From: Octopus bimaculoides | Lineage: Eukaryota | Length of the DNA stretch: 64,000 bases | Direction of reading: 5' to 3' | Assembly: GCF_001194135.2 (NCBI RefSeq) | Contig: NC_068998.1 | Span: 46,863,376-46,927,375, forward strand | Part shown: piece by piece, positions 25,300 through 37,312 of the stretch | How positions within the stretch are numbered: the stretch's first letter is position 1 | Layout: every line of letters starts with the position of its first letter | Made by a program: the position numbers and the translations under genes | The notes under the pieces: model-generated | Seen by the model: only the letters and a program-made list of their open reading frames with translations | What the model was told of the DNA's origin: nothing | The model's database searches: none

Positions 25300-25495
25300 A
25301 TATTTGTCCTCGCCCCACATCACCGTTTGAGAAACCGTAACTTAGCGGTCCGGCAAAAGAGACCGGTAGAATAAATACTAAGCTTAAAAATAAGCTCTGG
25401 GATAGATTTCTTTGATAAAAAGACCATTCAAGGAGGTGCTCCACCTGGGCCACAGTTAGAACATTGAAACAAGTAAAAGATAAAAGATAAAAAAA
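25300..25495 (+). mobile_element. SINE family A, right arm
   Basis: cgtaacttagcggtccggcaaaagagaccggtagaataa...gaaacaagtaaaagataaaag. Confidence 0.8.
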
Positions 25496-25669
25496 TGTAC
25501 ATATGCATTTAGCGTCTATACATCTTCCTGCTCTCAAAGAGAAATTTCTCAATTTGTGGCATCTGCAGAAATACTCGTCCAAAGCCGACTGCACAAAGAT
25601 TAAACACCGTTCATGAGAAACTAACTTCCTAGCCACATGAGTATATTTTTGAGTATACGTGCGTACAGC

Positions 25670-25810
25670 CGTACATACATACATACATACATACATGTAT
25701 GTATGCATGCATGCATGCATACATACATACATACATACATACATACATACATACATTCATACATACATACATACATACATANNNNNNNNNNACATACATA
25801 CATACATTCA

Positions 25811-25844
<34 letters not shown>

Positions 25845-26050
25845 CATCCATTAGGCTTCTCAAAACCAGAAAGGAGAAAGCTAATTCGAAAACTACAGAT
25901 CCAATCCATCACTGGAACTGTAAAAAATCTGTAAAACTTACCAGAAATTTATCATTTAAATATATATGAGCATGTCTATATGTGCAAGTATATGCATGAG
26001 AATACATACATACATACATACATACATACATACATACATACATACATACA
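25670..26050. repeat. (TACA)n arrays
   Basis: Directly visible. Confidence 0.92.
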
Positions 26051-26309
26051 TTCCCTGTTGTTGATGTTGAAATTCCAATGAAGGAACCTTGGATCTAGGT
26101 TAGAAACCAATTTTTTTCTCTATTGGCAAGAAATCTTGAAATATAACTGAACAATGACATACATACATATTCAAAAATATTTACATATGATTGTTCCATG
26201 AACGTCTTTATTCGTAAATCTGTGATTCAGAGATATACGTTGCCGTTTATTCAAACGTTTGAAGAATCAAATAGTTTATAAGGAAACCTATTCTAAAACA
26301 AGAGGGCAC

Positions 26310-26410
26310 TTTGCCTTATGGCTAGGATGTTGCACCTACGAACACAAGATCGTGGTTTCAATTCCTTAATCGAGTGGTGCGTTATGTTCTTAAGCAAGAC
26401 ACTTCATCTG
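26310..26410 (+). mobile_element. SINE family B head, truncated by the adjacent family A copy
   Basis: ggctaggatgttgcac...gatcgtggtttcaattcc...gttcttaagcaagacacttcatct. Confidence 0.7.
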
Positions 26411-26615
26411 ACAACACCGGTTGTCAAGCGAGGTGAGGGTCAAACACAAACACAATGGTGTGCACACAGACATATATACATACATATATATGACAGGCTT
26501 CTTTCAGTTTCCACCGGCCAAATTCACTCACAAGGTTTTGGTCAGCCCGAGATTATAGAAGACACTTACTGAACCCGGAGATATGTGGTTGGGAAGTAAT
26601 CTTTACAACACAACG
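26410..26615 (-). mobile_element. SINE family A, internally deleted
   Basis: ggttgtcaagcga, gcttctttcagtttcc, cactcacaagg...gactgaacccgg-like sequence on the opposite strand. Confidence 0.8.
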
Positions 26616-27423
26616 ACGGCTAATAGCGGTTAATAGCAAGTCAAGTATCAACAAGAATTCACCAATTCGATTCTTTTATCTAGAATTGCAAAGGACTAAT
26701 AGAATAGCGCTTTCCTGAGAGGGAAAGAGGGAGAGACAGAGAGGAGAGATAAGGGACAGAGAGGAGGAATAAAAGGGAGAGAGAGAGTTCATCACGTGTT
26801 GAAACATTAATGCTGAGTGTTGCATGTTCTGTAATGAGCTAATAGATTTATAATTTGTTAATAAAATAATCTTTTAAATGCCAGATATATCTGGACAGAG
26901 AGGCGGCAAGAGGGTTTTTCTGAATGTTTGAATGTATACCTATGTTGCAAGAGTCTTTTTTAAAAAGGATTTTCAGTTAACCCTATATATATATTTATAT
27001 ATTTTTTGTGCTAATGTTACTTGAAAGGAAAACTCTTTAGTTCCATAATGTAAATATTTAGAAAGACATATCATTGAGAGAGAAGATATTCAGATTGTTA
27101 TAATTACACAGAAATAAAGTGTTCAGCGTGTTCTTACTGGAACCATTTCTTCTGTTTATACCGACAACAGAAACAGCAAAGCCTTTTAGTGCAAGTGTAC
27201 CTGTTCAGAGATGGAATTACAAAAACTAAAAATGGCATTGCAACCATAGCGAATAGGAGTATGAATATGTGACTTCATTGGCCGCTATGGTGGGATATAT
27301 ATCTTTATATATCTTTTCTTTTTCCGTTCAGATCCAGTGCACTTTGATATTGTGTAGAAGATTTATGCTCCATATTCCCTACCAATATATTTTAATTTCA
27401 GTTGATGTTGGGTATGTTCACGA

Positions 27424-27450
27424 TTATTATTATTATCATTATTATTATTA

Positions 27451-27536
<86 letters not shown>

Positions 27537-27539
27537 TAC

Positions 27540-27603
<64 letters not shown>
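27424..27603. repeat. (ATT)n microsatellite running into a gap
   Basis: Directly visible. Confidence 0.97.
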
Positions 27604-28408
27604 NNNNNNNNNNNNNNNNNNNNNNNNNNNNNNNNNNNNNNNNNNNNNNNNNNNNNNNNNNNNNNNNNNNNNNNNNNNNNNNNNNNNNNNNNNNNNNNNN
27701 NNNNNNNNNNNNNNNNNNNNNNNNNNNNNNNNNNNNNNNNNNNNNNNNNNNNNNNNNNNNNNNNNNNNNNNNNNNNNNNNNNNNNNNNNNNNNNNNNNNN
27801 NNNNNNNNNNNNNNNNNNNNNNNNNNNNNNNNNNNNNNNNNNNNNNNNNNNNNNNNNNNNNNNNNNNNNNNNNNNNNNNNNNNNNNNNNNNNNNNNNNNN
27901 NNNNNNNNNNNNNNNNNNNNNNNNNNNNNNNNNNNNNNNNNNNNNNNNNNNNNNNNNNNNNNNNNNNNNNNNNNNNNNNNNNNNNNNNNNNNNNNNNNNN
28001 NNNNNNNNNNNNNNNNNNNNNNNNNNNNNNNNNNNNNNNNNNNNNNNNNNNNNNNNNNNNNNNNNNNNNNNNNNNNNNNNNNNNNNNNNNNNNNNNNNNN
28101 NNNNNNNNNNNNNNNNNNNNNNNNNNNNNNNNNNNNNNNNNNNNNNNNNNNNNNNNNNNNNNNNNNNNNNNNNNNNNNNNNNNNNNNNNNNNNNNNNNNN
28201 NNNNNNNNNNNNNNNNNNNNNNNNNNNNNNNNNNNNNNNNNNNNNATATATATATATATATATATACAAGTATATAAACATATATGTATACACAAACATA
28301 AACGTATATATTTATATATAGATTCAATTGAATTAGGTACTTAAGTTGGGGCACCAACTCAGTCCGGTATTATCCGCACACCTCCAAGTAAGGTGAATAA
28401 AAAACAGG

Positions 28409-28485
28409 TAAGTAACAAGGATGTCAAGGCATTAATGCATTACAGCCGTAATGCATTATTAATACCTTGACATCTTTGTTACTTA
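28409..28485. other. 77-nt near-perfect inverted repeat (35-bp stem, 4-nt loop)
   Basis: Arms 28409-28443 and 28448-28485 differ by 2 substitutions and one 3-nt indel. Confidence 0.9.
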
Positions 28486-29227
28486 TTGGCTATATATATA
28501 CTTGCATACATACGTAATATATACATGCATGCATACATACATATATACGTTTACACATGTGTGTGTGTGTGTTTGTGTGTGTGTAAACATCATCCTTGGG
28601 ATCGGGCTCCGAGTTAAACCAAACAATAAATGAAGCGGCACCTATTGTCACGTGTGCAACAACTAAAAGCAACAGATTGTGAAAATGAAAGATTAGCGAT
28701 TGACGATCTGAGAAAGCAACAAAGCCATTCGAAGAAGATGTATGTTTATAATTAGCTGTATTATCTGACATCCGAGTATTTAATGTATATATTGATTATT
28801 TATAGGTGAGACTAGCGGTGAGATGAATATAGCAATCTTTGGGTAAAGGTGTAATCCCATTTGGTCATCATTGTTGTGCATTGTTGGGTATGGTTCGGTA
28901 TTGTTCGGAGACGTGTTATATTGTGCTGTATTAAGATTACACAGTGGTTAGATGTTTTCCATCGCCATATCATTAACCAATATACTTTTGTGTGCCTGTG
29001 TGTTTGCGTATGTGTGCGTATTTGTGTGTGTGTGCGTGTATGTGTATGTTTGCAAGTATGTAATCTTGTGTGACTTCGTATTTGTATGCCTGTTTTGGGT
29101 ATGTGCTTATGCGTGTGAATCTGCGTGTATTATGTGTACGTGTGTGTCTATGCGTGCGTTTGTGTACTTGTAATACTTGTAAGTTGGTATTTGTGCTTTT
29201 GCGCATGTGTGATGCCGTGTAAATTTT

Positions 29228-29420
29228 AGCACAAGACCTGCAATTTCAAGAGCGGGGACAAGTCGATTATATAGACCCCAGTGTTCAACTGGTACTTATT
29301 TCATCCATCCTGAAAGGATGAATGGCGAAGTCGACCTCGGTGGGATTAGAACTCAGAATGTAATGAGAGACGAAATGCCGCCAAGCGTTTTGTCCAGCGT
29401 GCTACCGATTCTACCGCCTT
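29228..29420 (-). mobile_element. SINE family C
   Basis: aagtcgattat...caactggtacttatt...gaagtcgacctcgg...gaactcagaatgt...accgcctt. Confidence 0.88.
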
Positions 29421-30503
29421 AAGTCATGACTGATACATTCAAATTAGATGTATTTTATATAAAGTACATGAATTAAATATAAACGCTTTAGATGGAAATT
29501 ACAGAAATTATACATGAAATTTATACAAAAATATGACAGATATTATTAGGGATTAATTCATTCCTAACTTTAGTCATTGAAGTGTGGCTAGGGTAGGGTA
29601 GGGTTAAAGGCTTTTAATCGATCCTATTCCACTGTTTATTCCAGTCTGGTCCTTAGAGCCTATTTTACGAGAGTTTCTTTTATAAAGAGACTTTTTCAGT
29701 AGGCTCTTTATAGCTATTTTGTTTTCGTAAACGGACCCTAGTTCGATAAACTAGCGCATTAGAATGACATGTATATGTGTGATTTAATGGATGATAATTT
29801 TAAACAATAATAAACTCTGCTGGTCCATAATAGAACACACATCTCTCCACTATATTAATGGATCGAGAAAGTGTGGTTTTTGTTTCTCGAAAAAATATAT
29901 TTTATGTTTTTTTTTTCTATAGTTCTGAGCGGAAGATCGAAGCTGGTTAACTCTTACAAATACGTCTAACATCATCTATTGAAAACGTTCCAAAATAAGA
30001 TAATGTATTTCAAACATAGGTCAATTTTCCATACCATGAAAGCTAGTCTCACAAAGAATAACAAAATTCAGTTATTCGTTACCACCAAAAATTTATTAAA
30101 AATAGCCATTTTTATTGCGTTCTTGTTTTCTTTGTTCATCATACAGAAGACAGGAAAATATCATACAATTTGGCATGTGAATAGATAAATATATCACGCG
30201 ATTGGCACATAATAATTCAAACGATCACATTTTCTGTAACATTACTCATATCTCTATGTGCTTGCGAATATTTTTTCCAGTTTTTTCCAGTCTTTTGCAT
30301 AATCGACAACGTGAAATTCAAAGTTACGACTAATGAAGTTTAATTTTCTTATGAAATATTTACACTAAATATATTGAGCATCCATCTTATATATATATAT
30401 ATATATATGCAACTCCGTTGTCGTTGTCGCCGTCTTCGTCATGAATCGAATTAAACATGTATTGGGCGGTAATCCTTGGAGATACAGAGAGACAGTCAGG
30501 TAA

Positions 30504-30601
30504 TGAGTCATGTGATCGCCAAAAGGTCACCATAACTAAGGTCACTTCTATTGAGTCATGCTGATTATGACCTAGCAATGTTAAACCTTTCGACCAGGTC
30601 A
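30504..30601. promoter_or_regulatory. Candidate enhancer: 4 AGGTCA/TGACCT half-sites and 2 TGAGTCA (AP-1) sites in 98 bp
   Basis: TGAGTCA 30504 and 30552; AGGTCA 30524, 30539, 30596; TGACCT 30568. Motif evidence only. Confidence 0.35.
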
Positions 30602-30807
30602 TATATATGTATACACACACACGCACACACACATACACGCACACACTCATACACGCACACACACACACACACATACACGCTCAGAAACGCAGACTGACAT
30701 TTTTAGATAAATACATACATGCAACGCAAAGGTGCTTACATACACATTTGACTGTATGTTAATACATGTGTGAGTGCATTATATACATACATGCGTACTT
30801 ATATATG

Positions 30808-30868
<61 letters not shown>

Positions 30869-31517
30869 NNNNNNNNNNNNNNNNNNNNNNNNNNNNNNNN
30901 NNNNNNNNNNNNNNNNNNNNNNNNNNNNNNNNNNNNNNNNNNNNNNNNNNNNNNNNNNNNNNNNNNNNNNNNNNNNNNNNNNNNNNNNNNNNNNNNNNNN
31001 NNNNNNNNNNNNNNNNNNNNNNNNNNNNNNNNNNNNNNNNNNNNNNNNNNNNNNNNNNNNNNNNNNNNNNNNNNNNNNNNNNNNNNNNNNNNNNNNNNNN
31101 NNNNNNNNNNNNNNNNNNNNNNNNNNNNNNNNNNNNNNNNNNNNNNNNNNNNNNNNNNNNNNNNNNNNNNNNNNNNNNNNNNNNNNNNNNNNNNNNNNNN
31201 NNNNNNNNNNNNNNNNNNNNNNNNNNNNNNNNNNNNNNNNNNNNNNNNNNNNNNNNNNNNNNNNNNNNNNNNNNNNNNNNNNNNNNNNNNNNNNNNNNNN
31301 NNNNNNNNNNNNNNNNNNNNNNNNNNNNNNNNNNNNNNNNNNNNNNNNNNNNNNNNNNNNNNNNNNNNNNNNNNNNNNNNNNNNNNNNNNNNNNNNNNNN
31401 NNNNNNNNNNNNNNNNNNNNNNNNNNNNNNNNNNNNNNNNNNNNNNNNNNNNNNNNNNNNNNNNNNNNNNNNNNNNNNNNNNNNNNNNNNNNNNNNNNNN
31501 NNNNNNNNNNNNNNNNC

Positions 31518-31922
31518 TTAATCTCTTGAGTCTTTCCCAATAGCTTGTATGCTGCATAGAGGCTATCTTCTTCGTGTAGCTTCGTTGGATTGCCTCAAGT
31601 TCTGAGATTAATTTGACACTGGTTGGTGACCATAGCTGAGAGCAATAGTCAAAGTGGCTTAGAACAAGTGTCTTCCAGAGCACCATCATGGTTTCCTGAT
31701 CTCTTGTTCTAAAAGTCCTTAGAATCCATCCGGTTAGTCGCCTGCATTTCATTGACAATTTAGCAACATGAACATGAAAGGATGCATTATTACTCATGTA
31801 GATGCCCAGGTCTCGCACTGTCTCTGCCTCTGGGATTGCAGTCCCTCCAGGTCCAGTGTATTTAATGGATTCTGCATTTAGTCTTGCATGCTGAGAGCAT
31901 AAGGCTTGAAACTTGAAACTTT
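31518..31922 (-). mobile_element. CR1/L2-like LINE ORF2 fragment (C-terminal of the RT core), 5'-truncated, 3' part in the gap
   Basis: KFQALC...VRDLGIYMSNNASFHVHV...WILRTFRTRD..TMMVLWKTLVLSHFDYCSQLWSP....ISELEAIQRSYTKKI...SYWERLKRL fits the RDLG/LY..LV...EY..VWSP/LE.VQR..TK/Y.ERL motif series. Confidence 0.9.
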
Positions 31923-32516
31923 ATATATATATATAAAGAATACACCTCCTCCTCCTTCTTCTTCACACATGCTTTTGTCTCCTTTTCTTTTAGATATAAC
32001 TCCTCCTCCCCATAGAAATGCATAAACATGTCTTTCTCCCCTTCCAGCATACCTGCATACGCTAACTCCCCATCCTCTCGTTATATCTCTTTCTGATTCG
32101 CTAAACTTCGTCTTAGCTTCGTTTTCCATATATTCTGTTAAAGTAGAGATAAAGAGTGAAATAGGAGGAAAAAAGGTGAAGAGAGAGAACGAAGATAAGT
32201 CAAAAAGAGACAGAAAAGGTGGAAGATAAAAGAGAGAAATAGAGAGTAGAGAGAGGAGAGAAATACAGGATGAGAGAAGAGAAAGAGGGAAAGAATGGAG
32301 AGAGAGGCGGAAAGAAAAGTAGGAAATGCGAAGTGAAAGAGAACGGAAGGAAGAGAGACACGAAGAGGTGGAATGAGAATTGAGTTGAAATAAGTAGATA
32401 TTGAAGTAGATTTAATATTTGAAGATGAAAGGAAATCTAGTTTTGATTGGGTAATTCGGTATTCAATGCATTGTTCTCATAATTTAACGTAGCAAACCTA
32501 TTTGTTAGGTAAAGTA

Positions 32517-32554
<38 letters not shown>

Positions 32555-33463
32555 GGATAGATAGATAGATAGATAGGTAGAGAGATGTTAAGAGTTAGAC
32601 AACCAGATGTATAGAAATATTCATGTGTATATATATGTGTGTGTGTTTAGGTGTGTGCATAAATATGTGTATGTACGTGCGTGTGTACGTGTGTGTTTAT
32701 TGGTATTGATATTGTAGGGACGCAGTATTGGGACTGGTATAGACTTCTCTCTTCTTCTTGTATAGTAGGGACACAGTAAACAAATACGTTGATGGAAAAT
32801 ATCTATGAAAAATATAGAAATAATGTATGATTGAAATTGATATGGAATATCTTGGGCTTACAGGAAACACACTTAAACTCCGGCACATACAGCATACACA
32901 TTCATTTAGACAGTACAGTATAAGTAGCTTACACTCATAATTATCGCAATATAGTTGTCCGTGTGTATTTCGGCGTGTGTGTGTTTGTGTGTGTGCGCGT
33001 GCGTGCGAGCGTATCTGTCTATGTATGTCTATAATATAAATATTCATATATATGTACATATGTGTGCGCGTGTTTATGTGAACATATGTATCTGTGTGTC
33101 TATGGGCACTTAAAAGTATAGGTATCAACGATGCCACTATCAAATAAAGCATAGTGAAGAGAGTCAATATAATGCAGTGACATAGAGATGCAACTTATGT
33201 ACAACTGAGAAATACAAAATATAACTACATCATCCAACATCGTAAGTAAAACCAGATGCGGATTTTTCCACAGGATTTTATCGAATGAAACACACATTTT
33301 CTTTTATCAGATGCTTTTAAACCAAAACCAAAACTGGAGAAGCATTCTCTTAATATAGACATCAATACGTGTAACTATATATGATGTATATGTATATACA
33401 TCATTTTGGCTTTAAATTTTTCTATACACACACACGCACATATATATATATATACATGCATAC

Positions 33464-33499
<36 letters not shown>

Positions 33500-33534
33500 A
33501 TACATCATTTTGGTTTTGAATTTCTATATGTATG

Positions 33535-33596
<62 letters not shown>

Positions 33597-34074
33597 CATA
33601 CGTCAACCTTTCATTGTTAAGCGTGTGTTCAACGTGTTTGATATATAACATACTACAGCCAAGAGCAGAAACTTAAACAGGAAGTTAAAGGACATAATGG
33701 ATGCTGACCTACAGATAAATATGAGACGATTTAACGAGAGGGCGGTCCTAACCATTTGTTATGCATTGTGCTGAGAATTGGTATTTAGAAAGAATTATTC
33801 GTTGAACAAATTCCACAGAATTATTTTCCTCATTATTTCAGTATACTATAATTACTTTCCGCAAAACGGTTTTACGGATTTTGTAAAAGCAATATGACCG
33901 ATGAAACAAGAAGTTTCTATGTCTCCGCCAGTCTACGTTTACTCTTTGTGCGGAAGAACACTGTACAATCTCATCTTTATCATATCGGTTTCTACTAATT
34001 CTTTTCCCCATTTCTAATTCCATATTTTGTTGTTGAAGATATAGTAAAGTAACAACAACAACAGCAACAACAAT

Positions 34075-34288
34075 TCTTTCTATTATAGGCACAAGGCCTG
34101 AAATTTGGTGGTGAGAGAAGCCTAGTCAATTACATCGATCTCCTGTGCACACCTGGTGTTTTATTTCGTCTTTCCTGGAAGGACGAAATGCGAAGTAGAC
34201 TTGGTCGGAATCTGAACTCATAAAGCCGGAAGAAATGCCGCAAATAATTCTGTGCAGCATTCCAACGACTCTGCTGGCTCTCCGCTTT
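34075..34288 (-). mobile_element. SINE family C, full-length
   Basis: tataggcacaaggcctgaaattt tail through to the ctgctggctctccgcttt head. Confidence 0.85.
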
Positions 34289-34398
<110 letters not shown>

Positions 34399-37017
34399 TG
34401 GTTTCAAATTTTGTCACAAGGGCAGTAATTTTGGGCGACGGAATAAGTCGATTACATCGACCCCAGTGTTTNNNNNNNNNNNNNNNNNNNNNNNNNNNNN
34501 NNNNNNNNNNNNNNNNNNNNNNNNNNNNNNNNNNNNNNNNNNNNNNNNNNNNNNNNNNNNNNNNNNNNNNNNNNNNNNNNNNNNNNNNNNNNNNNNNNNN
34601 NNNNNNNNNNNNNNNNNNNNNNNNNNNNNNNNNNNNNNNNNNNNNNNNNNNNNNNNNNNNNNNNNNNNNNNNNNNNNNNNNNNNNNNNNNNNNNNNNNNN
34701 NNNNNNNNNNNNNNNNNNNNNNNNNNNNNNNNNNNNNNNNNNNNNNNNNNNNNNNNNNNNNNNNNNNNNNNNNNNNNNNNNNNNNNNNNNNNNNNNNNNN
34801 NNNNNNNNNNNNNNNNNNNNNNNNNNNNNNNNNNNNNNNNNNNNNNNNNNNNNNNNNNNNNNNNNNNNNNNNNNNNNNNNNNNNNNNNNNNNNNNNNNNN
34901 NNNNNNNNNNNNNNNNNNNNNNNNNNNNNNNNNNNNNNNNNNNNNNNNNNNNNNNNNNNNNNNNNNNNNNNNNNNNNNNNNNNNNNNNNNNNNNNNNNNN
35001 NNNNNNNNNNNNNNNNNNNNNNNNNNNNNNNNNNNNNNNNNNNNNNNNNNNNNNNNNNNNNNNNNNNNNNNNNNNNNNNNNNNNNNNNNNNNNNNNNNNN
35101 NNNNNNNNNNNNNNNNNNNNNNNNNNNNNNNNNNNNNNNNNNNNNNNNNNNNNNNNNNNNNNNNNNNNNNNNNNNNNNNNNNNNNNNNNNNNNNNNNNNN
35201 NNNNNNNNNNNNNNNNNNNNNNNNNNNNNNNNNNNNNNNNNNNNNNNNNNNNNNNNNNNNNNNNNNNNNNNNNNNNNNNNNNNNNNNNNNNNNNNNNNNN
35301 NNNNNNNNNNNNNNNNNNNNNNNNNNNNNNNNNNNNNNNNNNNNNNNNNNNNNNNNNNNNNNNNNNNNNNNNNNNNNNNNNNATATATACGTATATATAT
35401 ATATCTATATCTATATCTATCTTTCTATGTATGTATGTATTATGTATGTATGTATTTGATATGAAGAATGTGGGAGAAAGAAAATAAAATGCTACACATG
35501 TCTCTCTACATTTTCACAATTCATCATTTTCTTGAAATGGTTCCAATTACGAAGAGAATGGTAAAAACAATCGATTTTGTAAGACACGGAGTTAATCGAT
35601 CGAATTCTTGCACTTACTTCCCTTTCCCCAGCCAAACTTTCTCTACCTCTCTTATTCCCTCTCTCACGCTCAACCCTCTCTCTCTCACACAATATATACA
35701 AATATATCCATAACTCTCTCTTATCCTTCTTGTATCTCTCTACCTGTTAAGCTCTTATTTCCCCAATCTCGCTTGCTTTCTTTGTCCTTCATTTTCTTAA
35801 CGCTCACATATATATGTATGTATATATGTGTATATACACATATATACATACATAATACACACACACATATATATATATATATATANNNNNNNNNNNNNNN
35901 NNNNNNNNNNNNNNNNNNNNNNNNNNNNNNNNNNNNNNNNNNNNNNNNNNNNNNNNNNNNNNNNNNNNNNNNNNNNNNNNNNNNNNNNNNNNNNNNNNNN
36001 NNNNNNNNNNNNNNNNNNNNNNNNNNNNNNNNNNNNNNNNNNNNNNNNNNNNNNNNNNNNNNNNNNNNNNNNNNNNNNNNNNNNNNNNNNNNNNNNNNNN
36101 NNNNNNNNNNNNNNNNNNNNNNNNNNNNNNNNNNNNNNNNNNNNNNNNNNNNNNNNNNNNNNNNNNNNNNNNNNNNNNNNNNNNNNNNNNNNNNNNNNNN
36201 NNNNNNNNNNNNNNNNNNNNNNNNNNNNNNNNNNNNNNNNNNNNNNNNNNNNNNNNNNNNNNNNNNNNNNNNNNNNNNNNNNNNNNNNNNNNNNNNNNNN
36301 NNNNNNNNNNNNNNNNNNNNNNNNNNNNNNNNNNNNNNNNNNNNNNNNNNNNNNNNNNNNNNNNNNNNNNNNNNNNNNNNNNNNNNNNNNNNNNNNNNNN
36401 NNNNNNNNNNNNNNNNNNNNNNNNNNNNNNNNNNNNNNNTATATATATATATATATATATGTTAGTGTCTCTTTTTCTCACCTATATGTGTGTCAATTTT
36501 ATTTCACACTTCACCATGAGTCATTATATTCACTTATTTACTCTCCATTTCAAAATTTGTGGACACCAGCGCCAAGAGCTGCATATTAGAAACTTACAAC
36601 AGACAGGTTATCTCTGGTTCAATGCAATTACCATGGTGAAAGTGTCAAGGGAATGAGTGCACAATTTGTGCGGAACAAATATCATAAGTGACTTAGTTTC
36701 AAGATCACCGCACCGTTTCATCATTTCCGTTTCAAATGTTTGCTCGTTTGCCGCTATATATATCGATGAAAACAGCGTATTACACGAACACATAGATACA
36801 TACATACATACATACAAACAAACATATATATATATGTATGTATCTATGTATGTATATATGTAATATATGTATGGTTATATATATATATATTTATACACAC
36901 ACGCACACACACGCGTCCACGCAAACACACACGCACATACACATATATTTGTTTCTTGTTTTGATAAATGATATATTTGACAACCAATTAGTATCGAAGT
37001 GAAGGATTACTCAATAT

Positions 37018-37090
37018 TTTAGAGTACGTACTTTAGAGTACGTACTTTAGAGTACGTACTTTAGAGTACGTACTTTAGAGTACGTACTTT
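37018..37090. repeat. 14-bp tandem repeat agagtacgtacttt x5
   Basis: Perfect units start at 37021, 37035, 37049, 37063 and 37077; each contains the palindrome agtacgtact. Confidence 0.97.
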
Positions 37091-37270
37091 TTCACTTTTA
37101 CAGTCTCATGAAGTCACACAATACGAAACTTTGAGGTCGCTGCGTACCTTTATCGTATAAAACTCAACGAGTATGCGTATGCGTGCGTGTGTGTGTTTGT
37201 GTGCATGCGTGAGTACGTGTGTACGTGCGTTTCTGACTGTATTTTAATGCATGTGTGTATCGTTGCGCGC

Positions 37271-37312
<42 letters not shown>

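Noticed and set aside
27332-27411. Good acceptor/donor pair enclosing 80 nt
   Set aside because: The only open frame is not protein-like and there is no supporting neighbouring exon; such pairs are expected by chance in T-rich DNA.
29588-29610. Telomere-like or G-quadruplex repeat agggtagggtagggtt
   Set aside because: Only three GGG runs and not TTAGGG.
36632-36753. Minus-strand 122-nt exon candidate (ANEQTFETEMMKRCGDLETK...)
   Set aside because: The acceptor lies in (TA)n with little polypyrimidine tract, and no homology is recognised.
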